Below, piece after piece: positions 32,698 through 45,694 of a stretch of DNA of 64,000 nt (the stretch's first letter is position 1; the number at the start of each line of letters is the position of its first letter). The translations under genes and the position numbers were made by a program. Origin of the DNA: Paragordius varius. Lineage: Eukaryota; Animalia; Nematomorpha. Location: contig OZ176052.1 in assembly GCA_964247055.1 (NCBI GenBank), positions 9,424,001 through 9,488,000 on the forward strand, read 5' to 3'. The notes beneath the pieces were generated by a model, which ran no database searches, was not told where the DNA came from, and was given only the letters and a program-made list of their open reading frames with translations.

Positions 32698-34600
32698 TTA
32701 ATTTGAGTCATCTGATCCACTGTTGGCAGAGCTATCACTTTCACTCAGTTTCAAGTCTTCATCTATATAGGATAAATGTTAGGTGTAACAACTTGTTTAA
32801 TTTAAATTAATTTTTATAACATCTAGCGTTATTATATCGGTTGTTGTTTAAACGGAGAGATATCATAATTTATATGTAACCGCATTGATTAAAAAGAACA
32901 GAAAATTAATATTGAGCAAAATTAACCAAAATTAACATGTAACACATAGAAAAGGCATCTATACCCAAATCAACATTATGTTTTCGAGAATTCGTCGAAA
33001 TTGCCGATATTAATGGTGCCTTATTTGATGCAGATAATGGCTGTTTTATCGGTTTAGTTGTGGGTTGAGATATAGAAGATGATGACGATGTTGGATTTGA
33101 GAAACCAAAAGCTTGAGCCGATAAATCAAATGATCTATCACTCAAAGTTAAACTGTTCATTTTTTTGCCTATAAATAAATATAAAAATTTATAAGCTGTA
33201 CATTTTGCTGCGGTTGAATAAGTAGAAATATAAAGTAACCATCAAAATTCAATTAATCCAAATTATCTATAGATAAGTGGGGGAATGCTGGATATATGAA
33301 TGACATACAAGTTTTTAGCGAACTATTAAACAACAAATTAAAAAACGGTCCCGATGCGGATATAGAAAACACGATACAAAAAATAATTAAGATACTAGTA
33401 TCCGTGTCCATAGTTTTGTTGGGTTTAACTTTATTTGTTTCCGTGGCAACAACTTTTTTGTTCAAATTTTTGTTTTCCACAGACGATAATAATGAACTTT
33501 CTCGTTTGTTATTCGTTTTTCCTGTAAAAAAAACATTAAAAAAATATTTACCCTTTTCCATGTCCGATTCATCGGTAGTAACAGAGAGTCTTACATCCGG
33601 TTTATCTTTTTTGGCGTCTTTAGTAGTTAGATTTGTTGATATTTGTTTGTTGTCCTTTGTTTGCCTAAAACAAATACGCAAATATTATGTGTTATAACAC
33701 TTAAGAATGTAATAATAAAAATTGATAAACATAAGCAGAAACCAAATTTTAAATTTAACACTCTTCATGTTTAAAATTTTATATACTAACGTCTTGTTAC
33801 CCTAATTTAAACCATAAAACAGCATATATGGTTTAGAGTTATTATCTCTCCAAATGAATAACATAAATATAAATCCGTTTTGCTATGATAAATTAACATA
33901 TTAAATAAGGATAATTTTGAAATAATAATATAAATTTTACAACAAAGATACATTGTCAAACTAATTTAAAATTTGAGGTAAATTAAGAAAATTTTTATTG
34001 TAAATATCTTTATTAAAACATCATAGCAAAGTTGTTTTTATCTGAGGTAAAATCGTTTCGTACGCTATGAGGAAATATTCGAAAGTAACTAAAAGAGTTG
34101 TTGGCATAAAAACTTTAACACATGTTCAGGAGTTCATTAACTTTTATATTTATCAATTATGATTCAATTTAAATTATATATACATGAAGATAATACATAG
34201 AATCATTTTAATTGATTTTTTATAAATATGAAAGTACAAATTTTTTAAACCTAATTTTTTTCAATTGAATCGATGAAGTTAGTTTTTCCAATGTTATAAT
34301 TCCGGTCTCATGATCAATAATGAGCAAACATTCTTTAGGATTAAATTTTTGACATCCATTGAAAGTTGTTTCGGATGAACCATTACCCTGAAAATATATT
34401 TATTTATAACTTGAGTGTTGGGTAAATGAGCAGTGACCCGATTACCGTCTTCAATAACAACTTTGCCTATTCCTGCATCATCAATAGAAGCTGGTTTAAA
34501 ATCATCTGAAAATTATAGTTTTAATACATCTGAAGGTATGGTAAGTGTTTGAGCTTTGATTTGCAAAAGTTTTGCCAAATACCACCGGTTTTAAATCCAT
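32698..34600 (-). CDS. EAF: ELL-associated factor (EAF1/2 family), ~270 aa
   Basis: Exons 34600-34528, 34505-34411, 34387-34251, 33664-33552, 33521-33396, 33168-32965, 32762-32698 (813 nt, in frame). Translation gives YHTFR|YDFKPASID...LPN..ECLLIIDHETG..TLEKLTSSIQLKKIR and the C-terminal DLKLSESDS..D, both EAF hallmarks. The middle exons are less certain. Confidence 0.88.
33522..34527 (-). other. Micro-introns in EAF (22, 23 and 30 nt)
   Basis: 34506-34527 gtattaaaactataattttcag; 34388-34410 gttataaataaatatattttcag; 33522-33551 gtaaatatttttttaatgttttttttacag (in frame and stopless, so less certain). Confidence 0.82.
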
Positions 34601-34976
34601 TAGACATTTTTAAGTTAGGCTACGGGTGTTTTTACATGTGCTAAGGATGTAGCAAACTCTGTTACAAAAATCCGAATTTTGCTGTTAAAAGCGTAACAAA
34701 TTTTAATTTTTATGCAGGTTATTATTTGCTTTTTAAAGTATTAAAAATTGAGACATATATTTATATCAATATACAGTATATTTTATGTTGGCCAATTAGT
34801 TATATAGTGAATATTATTTTGTTCATAATTAAATATATTTATGATTTCGTTGTTTTCTTATAAATGTATACTTTTTATTTTTCCTGATAATAGATGCAGA
34901 TTTTTTGTTTAGAGCGTTTGGGCCTAAAAATGAAAACTAATTTAAAAAAGGGTCTCGACTATAATCGGTGTATATA

Positions 34977-35371
34977 TACCATTTACAGTTCAAATTCACC
35001 CTTAAACAATTCAAATTCACCCTTGAACAATTCAAATTCACCCTTGAACAATTCAAATTCACCTTCGAACAATTCAAATTCACCCTAAAATAAATTATGT
35101 GTTTTTTAAGATTATATATTACCTATATTTTTTATATTTATAAAAAAAAGAAATTTTGTATGTAATCAAAATAATACTGAAAAAATAATAAAATTTGCCA
35201 TAAAAATATATTTAATTTTAATGATGAGTTATATTAGACCGAAGTTTCATAATTTATTTTTAGGATGAATTTGAATTGTTCGAGGGTGAATTTGAATTGT
35301 TCAAGGGTGAATTTGAATTGTTCAAGGGTGAATTTGAATTGTTCAAGGGTGAATTTGAACTGTAAATGGTA
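34977..35371. mobile_element. Foldback-type MITE family A (TACCATTTACAG termini, 21-bp tandem units in the arms)
   Basis: Long inverted arms built from CCCTTGAACAATTCAAATTCA repeats, flanked by TA. Other copies at ~17607-17858, ~42519-42690 (partial), 52033-52304 and 52877-53165. Confidence 0.8.
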
Positions 35372-35376
35372 TAAAT

Positions 35377-36096
35377 CAAGGCTTGGAACCGGAACCGCAT
35401 AACCCGGTTCCTGGGACTTTAGCAAGAACCGGTTCCATTGGGATGGAACCAAAGCGGCTCCGGTCCCAACCGTTCAGGAGCCAACCCGGTTCGACCCCCT
35501 TAATTACTGGTTCCCATATGATTTTTTTGATTTTAATTTGGTACCACTACATATTACATACTTTAAACCTAAAACTAAGCGCTTTATTAGCGATATTCTC
35601 TGAATTTTAGGCGATTCGGCTCTTCTAAAAAAAGTAAATAAGTCGAGTTCATTTATAATATATATTAGGTTTCCGTTGAAAGGAGTTTTTTTATCCTTTG
35701 TTTTAAATTTTTAGACCAGAGAAGCAGTTTGACCAGCAAATTGATTGGTGCAATAATTTTTTAAAGTTTAATTTAGATGCCATACTTAATTTAACTATCA
35801 ATTCATACCTTTTATACATTTTCCTATTATATTTTTATAATTTGTTTATTATGCTACACTGTATTTCTTTCATTATATATTTGGCTTTATAATAAATTGT
35901 TTGATTTATAATTGTTAATATCTTGGTTTTATTATTATGATAATAATTTATCATTTAATCCTAAGTCAGGAACCGCAAAATTTTTAAGAAACCAACGCGG
36001 TTCCGGTCATACTTTTTTTTACCCGGTTCCAAGCAAAATTTTTAAGAAACCAACGCGGTTCCGGTCATACTTTTTTTTACCCGGTTCCAAGCCCTG
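35377..36096. mobile_element. hAT-type MITE rich in GGAACCGG motifs; second, inverted copy at ~57136-58060 in DCTN6 intron 4
   Basis: TIR CA(A/G)GGCTTGGAACCGG ... CCGGTTCCAAGCCCTG with many GGAACC subterminal repeats. Extended internal identity to the reverse complement of ~57440-58060. Flanks are compatible with an 8-bp AT(A/T)TAAAT TSD disturbed by the adjacent foldback insertion. Confidence 0.75.
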
Positions 36097-36651
36097 ATTT
36101 AAATTTATAAGAAATGTTTTCCATGATAGAATTTGAATAGAGCTACACTGTTTCTCAGAAAATTGTTTAATATGCATCTTATTTGAAAGCGCATTCAGAC
36201 AAGATTTAATTAAAAAAGCGTCAATAAATTTCAACCTCATAAGACTAAGCAGGGCCATTAATTATATTGTTTTTGCATTTTTCGAAAAAAAATTTTTTAT
36301 AAATAATTTAAGCTATCTATATTTTGAAAAAATTGGAGGGGTAGGGGCTGAAGATAGGGATAAGAACTCGATTATCTAAGGCGCATTAATGGATCTTTAA
36401 AAATATTTTTTATTATGGAATCAACCTATCCGCTTTATAAAAAAAGCTTCAAAACGGATTTTTGGGTAAATTATGGTATTTGACACGATGTGTTAAACCG
36501 TCGACTAATTCAAAAATTGGCTCAAATACGTTTGGGACATTTATCAACGAATAAAATTATCCATTATTGTGCATGAATGCTATGTTTTCCGAAATTGCTT
36601 CATTCATCTTTATAAATAAAATATGCATTTTAATGGTTGCTTATTTAACAT

Positions 36652-36767
36652 TATAGTAGGACAATTTGTAACACAGTAGTGTATGGAAAAAACAACAAAA
36701 TGTTGAATAAACAAATATTTCCTTTCTTTTTGCATACACTCCTGTGTTTGCAAATTGCCCTACTATA
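36652..36767. repeat. Short TA-flanked hairpin MITE
   Basis: TATAGTAGGACAATTTGTAACACAG...CTGTGTTTGCAAATTGCCCTACTATA inverted repeat. Confidence 0.55.
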
Positions 36768-37069
36768 GTGTGAAATAAGTAACCATTAAAAGGCACACTG
36801 TATATAAATTATGATTTTTAATATTTCATTATCTCAAAATGTATTCTGTAAAAAATATTTTTTGAAAAGTAAGCAAAACTCATATTCGATTCTTAATTAA
36901 TTTTTTTTTCATTATATAATACCCATATTCTAAAAGTTTTCGGTTAATTTATAAAATTGGAAGGATCTCGCATTTTAATATAATTCCCCCACTGCCATAA
37001 ATAACCCTTTAACTCTTTTTAGTACATATATTAAAAATTTATTCATAATAAGCCAACAAAACTCTACTA

Positions 37070-37584
37070 TACCATTTGCACTTCAAGAGTGTCCTTTAAC
37101 ACTTCAATTTAGTCCTTGAACATTTTAAGTTGATCCTTGAACACTTCAAACTGGTCTTTTGACTTTTTTGTTTTGTTTTTAACTTTTATCGATGAAATCA
37201 TAAATTATTCATCTATTTTATCGTTTTTAACCTATTTTCTATTATTTAACATAAATTTTAAATCAATATCAACTTTTGATCATTGAGAAACCGTATAACT
37301 TTATTAATTTCTTAAAATTATTTTTTATATTTATAAGATTTAACACTTAATTAAAAAATAGATGAGTTTTCGGGTTATTATTAACAATTTTTCATTGAAA
37401 ACAATAGTTAAATAAAAAGTGGTTTTTGAATAAAAAATTATATTTTGAATAATCAATTATTATATGATAAATAAATAGAATAAGGTTAATAAAAAAAATA
37501 CATACAAAAATTATGGTTATATCAAAATTTAAAAATTTTTACGACCAACTTGAAGTGTTCAAGGACACTCTTGTCCAAATGGTG
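37070..37584. mobile_element. Foldback MITE family B (TACCATTTG termini, 21-bp CCTTGAACACTTCAA units)
   Basis: Left arm TACCATTTGCACTTCAAGAGTGTCCTT plus three 21-bp units; the right arm TTGAAGTGTTCAAGGACACTCTTGTCCAAATGGTG is its inverse. Confidence 0.65.
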
Positions 37585-38080
37585 TACTATTTTCATGTGG
37601 TGTACTTTGGATGACGTTATGGGATCAAACACAGGCCAATTATTATAGATGTTGTGGAAATTTAACTACTTATAATTTTTTTCACTGCTGAACAATTTTA
37701 TTCAAAGATCATGGCAAACCTCAATTTTGAAGTCCAAACCAAAATCAACAAAAATATGTTCTCATAATACAAAATTTAAAAATGGGTACGAGCAAATTTT
37801 TACAATTAACCTAGATACTATAGGATTAATTTAAAGGTGTGAGGCCTAATAATGACTATAACTCCTTATACCTTTAAATATATCAATTTTAACATTTATA
37901 CAATTTATTAGTGAAATAAAAAAAGGTTCCAAAAGTCATCTAAAAGGTTGTTACAAGTATTGCTATAAAAAGTTTGATTATCTAATTGATTGTGTGAAAA
38001 ATGCATCATGATTATATGTTTTCAATTTATACAATAAAAAAACAGAAAAAATGGCCATATGTGGAATTGTTGGAAAATGA

Positions 38081-41000
38081 TTATGTCTTGATTCCCAAAT
38101 AATGCAAAAATGCATCATCACTCGGTTCACGTCCCAAAAATTTTTTCAACATATCAATTGCATCCTAATGATAAACGATTTATAAAATTAAATTTCCATT
38201 TAAAAAAATATTAATATAAACTTATCTTTAATTAATTTTAACCAGTTTTGAAATTTTATCAAGGCATTAAAAAACTTACTACAGAGCCGCCCTTGTGCAA
38301 AATCATGCGATAATCCATGCCAGTTTTCGGATTCAAAATTCCTTCTTTAAGAAAACGACTTTCAAACATATCCATACAAAATCGTTCGCTCCACTAAATT
38401 ATTAAGCGTGTTAAAATCTCAATATAATAAAAAAACTAATGCAATTTGATATTTAATATTATTTTTGCCATATAAGAAATTTTAGCTGAAAGCGGCACTA
38501 ATATTAATCAAAAGATTCTATTATTAATAAAGAAATTTTGTTTATACCAAAACTATATAAAAATATAGTCAGTTTTATATTACACAATCTTATACTAAAA
38601 TAATCTCATATCTTTTCATATGATGAGTTTTTTCAAATAACAAATTCATATAATTATTTTTTTCATGTGTTCTTTTAAAAGATTTTTTAAAAAAAGATCA
38701 ATTATAAAGGAAATTTTATGGTTATACCATATAACTATAATATTGTCCATCGTAACCCCCTGCTAAATGTCCAAATGAGGCGGCCATATTTGTATCTTTA
38801 GTGGTTGGAAGTTTCATAATATCCTTCATTGTTTGCTCCAAAACTTGTTTGATATTAACCTGAATATGGGAAAAAACAAAAATTATATAATAAGCAAAGA
38901 TGGAATAATAGGTAAACGACCTTTTTAACACTCCATTACCTTTTGGGGTAGTTTTAAATACCAAAGTGATTTAAATTTAGAATATGTTAAAAAATACTTA
39001 AGGTATTAAGCCAAAATTAAAAATATGCCTTCTTTAGCCTTTTAGGCATATTATACAAAAAAAATAATTTTAAAAAAATGCAAAATTGCGAAAAAATCCT
39101 CTCAAGCTTTTATGCCGCCATTTTTTTCAATTTTTTCAAATCTAATGCAACATACAAATAAATCTGATTATGGTTATAAAATGTAAATAATTTTTAAGAA
39201 GCTTTCTGGCTACATCTTACTAGCAAAAACTTGATATATTTTGATTTTAATATCAGCTGTTCGTTTCCATCGTGTTTTTAAGCTGTCCCAATTTTAGCCT
39301 AAAGTGGCAAAACTGTAAAAAATATACCTTTTTTATCTAATACATGAGAACAGTGTTTGATAATTAAATTTTAACACTGTAGGTTATTTACAAAATTGAG
39401 CTCAGGGATTAAAACTACCCCAAAAGGTAAATTAGGACAAAAAAGTGAAAAAGTTATGAAGTGCTATAAAAAATATTTACAAATGTTTAAGAAGAATAAC
39501 AAGTTCCAAAGGATTTATCAAAAAATATGATTCTATATTTTTGATTGTACATATAGATATACTATCTCCCCCATCATAAGGTTGTTACATCGCCTTTAAA
39601 TTAACTCTGTAGATAATAATTAACTTTTACCTATTTAACAAAATACTAATTTTTGGATATAACAATATCCAAGTTTATAAAATAGCATGTTTGTGAATAT
39701 TATCGATGGGCTAAAAACAATAAAATATGCTACTCTTATATACTTTTAACTATCAGTAAAATAATATTAAATAGTGATATATATTGAGGGTCCATAATGC
39801 GCACATGTATAAAATGGGAAAAAAACTGTACAACCATATCCATAAAATGAGAAAAAATAGCAAAAAATGTATGACCTTTCCTTGCTGTTGCGTATGTATC
39901 AAATGATCAAATGTAGCCAAAAATAATTGACGCATAGTCATGATTGCAATGTTGGCTTTCCGCGAAGCTATAAGTTTTTTCAACAAATCTTCCGGGATAG
40001 GAGTGTTATCTAAATTAATTTATGTTTGTTTATTATGTCGCGAAAAAAAACCTTTTTTGAAAAATATCAAAAAAAAATATTTTAAAACATGGAAAAATAT
40101 ATAGGTGCTTATATTGGACTAATGTTAAGAATGTATATAAAAAAATGTAGCCTAATTGTAAAATGTATTAATATACTATATTATTATACTGAAAATGACA
40201 AAAAAGGTATGTATCATCTTACAAAAATAATCTAAACAAAAGGTTTAGCTTTGTATATTAATTTGATAAACAAATTAAAATGACCTTTATAATGGCCCGA
40301 CATAAGTTTCAAAGATTCAGCTTCCCAGCACCAATTTTCAAGCATTTGCGAAGGTGTTTCTACAAAATCACGCTCTACGCTTGTTCCACTATAAAAAATA
40401 ATTTATATATAAAAATAAAAAATCATGTCAATATAACCATCTAAACTTATTACGGTATTTTTATTATTATTTAAAAAGTTCAAATCTAAACAGTTTAGCA
40501 ACACATCATGTTTGGGTGATTTAATTTAAATAAATATTAAGTGTAGTATATGAGGATTGAAATTGGTCATTGAAAAAATGTAATCATAAACAAATTTTTA
40601 ATTGTTGTCGCCGCCCCTAAGAAAAGACCATCCAAAATATTTAATCAAATATTTATCAAGTGATTAAAAATTATGTAATGGTATAAAAAATAGTTATATA
40701 AATGAGACTCTTAACATAAATTAGCTATAATTGCAATTGATTATGCTATTTAGACTAAACAAATATATTCATTGTATCGTGGTTTTTATTATGTATTGGA
40801 TTCGTGGCATCAACGACTGTCAGATCGTCAATGACTAAATTTATGAATAACAGCAAATATTATTTTTGTCAAGTTGAAAAACCAGATAAAAATTAACTGA
40901 TAATTTAGCATTTGTTTTTTGATAAAGCTAGTTTAGCACAAAACTGATAAGTTTATAAATTTGTAACAAAAGATAGTTGAAGTGGAAAATCTATATACAA

Positions 41001-44000
41001 TCCTCTTATGATAACTTTTATCCCAATAAGCTAATTAACTACTAGCTCTTATAATAAAGCATTAGAACCTAAAATGAGCCAATTTAGTTTGTCCACAAAT
41101 ATCGTGCATAACATGTCCAAACTCATGGAAATAGGTGGTGACTTCATCATGCATCAAGAGTGGAGGTATGAGTTTCCCTGTCTCGGGATCCGTCACACTC
41201 GGTTTAGTAAAGTTGGCCACCATAGCGGCCACGGCTAATTGTCGCTTATCTTCATCTTCTATACATGAAAACGTTAAATGTAATTAATGATTTAATTGAA
41301 ATTAGCTCTTTAGTAATAAAAATTTTTTTCATGAGAAGCAACACTTGTTATCTAACAAATAATAAAGTTTTTGAAGGTATAGAAATATTATATATATAAT
41401 CTTATAAGTTTAGTTAAAAAATCTGGTGACAAATTATGTATTTGTCTTCTTCAAAATATGTAGATTACCATGAAGACATGCGCAAGAATTTTATAATATA
41501 CCAATGTATTTTACATATATTAACCGCGGTTAAATTTATTTTAATTGTTAAAAATAAAATAGCTGCAAAATGCGTATATTTCGGTAAGAATATTGAAAAA
41601 TGATCAAAATATTGACATTTCTTCATAAATCATGTTGGTCATGTAATGCATAATATTAGTAATTATTAGCAATGTAATTACCTCATTTATACTAAATTAA
41701 TCTGATATAAAATAGATGTAAGTCTCAAAAATTATATAAAAAGCAATTCTTTGCTCCAATAAACAATAATTATTGGCGCATGGGAAATAAAATACTTGGA
41801 TCTTTTTTGGGTAAAAGACAGGATGGTTTAACTCCAAAGCATGCGGCATGTCCGTATTTTCCGTCTCGCGGATGTAAATCCAAATAAAAATAGCCAAGTA
41901 ATTCGCCCGATTTAGCATCCTTCACTGAATACTTTATAGATAAAGTAATAAATTAAAATTAAATTTAATGTGTAACCGAATATAACTAAATTATTATTAT
42001 ATGGCTCCAAATATTGTTGACTTTTGTAAATTAAAAGTTTTAAATTATTAACGGTTGAATTTATATATCATGTTTTACATTAATAAGATGGTAATATTTT
42101 AATAAAATCTCAATTTTATAATAGTGAAATATGGACAAAAATTTGAAAATTCAAAATAAACTTAACGTTTCATAATTTTTTAAAAATGTTTTTTGCTAAA
42201 AAACGATGCTTTTTATATATTTGTTAAATAAATTCAAAATTTTTGCGTTAAATATCCCGAAATTTAAATTTTATTATCCATTTTTTATATGGCTTTTAAA
42301 TTTTAGTAATTATTTTGGAAAATATAGTGTGAAATAAATTATATATTTATTATGTTTACGCAAAAAAAATACCGTTTCGACATCAGGATGCCACACACTG
42401 GTTGGCTGAACTTTCGTAAAAACAAGTCGTAGTAATTTCTAATATAAAAAAATTATTATAATTTTTATAATGTTTTTATATTAGTCATCAGCGCATATAA
42501 ATTACTAAATATATCATAAACAATTCAAATTCACCGTAAATAAATTATGTGTTTTCGGGCTATAAGCTTATTATTAATAATATCTTCATGGCTTAGTTTA
42601 TTATTTTTATTATTTTGATTTTACACAAAATTTTTTTTTTAAAAAATATAAATTTTTTTTATTATAAAGTGTTTTGAAGTGTAAAGGGTATATATACTGA
42701 TCATCATTATATTTTTTTAAAGATTATAATATAATTAAAAAGGCTGCTTATAAATCAAAAGTAAATAGTTTATGGATTTCGTAAAAAATAAAGAATACCT
42801 AATTACCCTTTAATATACTAAATTCTATTGAATGTTCAAGTTTATAAATTATTGGAAATTAAATAAATTTGAAATAAAGTCAAATTTTGATTCTATGAAT
42901 GATCATGATGCATACAGGCATGAATTTCACATTGTAAAAGTTTATTGGTAGTTATATGCAATAATTAAATTAACATAATAAATAAAATAAAATTGTGAAA
43001 TTTTTTTAAAATTGACATTAATAATAAAAATGCAAATTAAAAGATAAAATCGCATATCCAAATTTAAAAACCGTTGATTCATAATAAAATAATATAAAAA
43101 ATCTGATTCTGTAATATTTAAGTTATTTTCTAAATTGTTTATAAAAGGCCTGCCCAAAAATTTTGAATATTAATATAAAATGAATGAAATTTTAAAAATA
43201 TGGGAGTTTATAAAAATTTTAAAATTCGATTCCTGCCAAATTACCCATAATTTTAAGTTAATAAAAATGAACTAATAAAAAAAGTAAAAACCAACCTGAT
43301 AGATGTTAAAAAGACCGCAAGTAACTTTATCGAGTGGAAAATATTGCTTTAATTTTTCATGATCAACTGAAAAATCATGTTCTTCAACCATGTTTGCGTA
43401 ATATTTCAGATCCCAATTATTTAACACAAGTGGGTCAGGAACCGGTTTTCCTTGCTCCTTTAACTAATACAGTAATCATAAAATTCAAAATTATAAGGAT
43501 AAAACATAAGTAAATGACAAATGTTTTAATTATGTTAAAAGAAACCATATTTGTTTGTATTTAATTTTTTTATATCTTTATTCATTGTGAAAATATAAAA
43601 TTTGTGTTACCAATTTGAATATTTAAATGAAAACGATAGGTTATATTAAAAATATGTTTTCTTTATACTTTTTCTATCTAAATGTTTACTAAAAATATGG
43701 ATTATTCTTATTAGATTAAAATTATAATTAACTGTAAAGCTTTCAATACCTCTTTTGCCTTATAATCCAACAAAACTTTGAATTCTTTATCGTAAGCCGA
43801 TCGTAATTTCTCAACGAGTCTTGATAAGAAATCTCGAACTGTTTCATAATTTTTGGCCATTCGTAATTCAGTCACGTATGCCACGTGGTTTGAAAACCCC
43901 AAAATATGCGCTTCCTATCAAATTTAGTTATATTTCAAATGAAAAAACACCAATGATTCTATAATATATGCATAAATTTGTAAATTATTTATTTGAATTA

Positions 44001-45653
44001 TTAGTTAACATACTAAATTTTTTACATTATGGATTAGGCTGAATCAGTAGGCTTTAGAATTATGTGATGCAATATCAGCAAATATTGCATCAATAATAAA
44101 ATTTATTAATATAAAATACTAAAAAATTTATAATATTTTTAGGTGATAAAATGTAGACATCAAAATATAATATTCATTTCAAGTCAACCCGATTAATTAA
44201 CTGTTTAGCAAATATATAAAACCTCTTGACCGAATAACATTTGGTAAAGAGTCATAGGCAAATACAAGTTAATAGATTTATGGAATGATTTAATAATAAA
44301 GAGGTACTCAATATAAATATTTCATAAAAATGTATTTTCTAAGATCTATTTAGCTTTAAATTACAGATATACAATAGAAGACCAATGAGGTAGAATTTAA
44401 AGATCTTTTAGATTTCATTTTCAGAAAAAATCTATAAATAAAAGGTAAACACATGATTTGGTAATATTTCATGCTTGGATATATAAAATAAGTATATATT
44501 TATGATTATATGATTAACAATTTATAACAAAAGAATATAGACGCATGCATTGTAAATTTTTTTGTAGGGAGAATAATTTAAAATAATGTTTCAAAATATT
44601 TGGCATAAACATTGGATTACATTACCATTATGTGAATTAAATTCATGTCTTAATAGACTTTGACTAAGGATATAAAGACAATTATAATCTACATATTTAG
44701 GAAAAACATTTATAATTAATTTGCTTACTGGTACAAAAAATCCGAATACTGGTATACTTAAAATTTTAGACAACACCAATCGATGAGGCATGAATAAAAC
44801 AAAAAATTATCACTTAAAAACCATATATATTATGGGCAAGCTAACTAGCTATGCTTATTGAGATTTTGCAAAAACAAGATTTCAAATTTCATTCAATTAT
44901 TATGAGATAAGTTTTGCCACAATAATTTACCCAAATATACCCCATTCTATAATAAATTAAAAATTAAATCTGGCTTTATATCAAACAAACATTTTAGAGC
45001 ATTACATAAAACTTCATTCATCACTGAAATTTTTGACAACTAAAAAAATTTAAGAGACAGTATTTCGAATTACACATGTCCACAACCATCACCGACAAAA
45101 AATAATACATAAATTAAAACCTAATTTTTTATAACTCTTTATCCACTGTTGTTTTTTAAATGCGTGTTTAGAAATGTTTCGGCGCTTATCAATATGATAG
45201 TTTATATATACTTATTTAAAAAAATATATAAGAAATTAATACCTGTTGTCTCAAAGCAAGTAATTCTTCCAAGATGGGAAGATTGGTATCAATGCACCTA
45301 TATATGCATGATAAAAATAATTATTTGCATAAATATTTAAAAAATGTACATTTCAAGTTTATACAAAAATTTTATCAAAATAGATGACAATACCGAGAAT
45401 TGAAGGCTTGCTCCATTTTCATTCGGGTTTCTGACACTTTGCACTTTTTAAGGATCGGATTTACGTGAGGATACTTCAAAGTCACTTTCAACTTTCCGTC
45501 ATCGCCCTGACAAAATATAAATAATTATAGAAAAGTGGTAAAAGGTTTTGTCCAAAAGTAAAATATTTTAAACAGTTAAATTTAAAATTCATTCGGAAAA
45601 ACAATAGTATAATATGGAAAACTCTAATGTCGCATCAATCAACAAAATTTTAA

Positions 45654-45694
<41 letters not shown>

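Noticed and set aside
33296-33697. 133-aa hydrophobic plus-strand ORF
   Set aside because: It is the antisense shadow of EAF exons 4-5, whose A-rich codons give hydrophobic reverse translations.
34985-35360. CRISPR-like array or coding repeat (ORFs 34894-35088 and 35234-35452)
   Set aside because: The 21-bp units are contiguous with no unique spacers, form inverted arms of a MITE, and lie in eukaryotic DNA; the ORFs are translations of the repeat.
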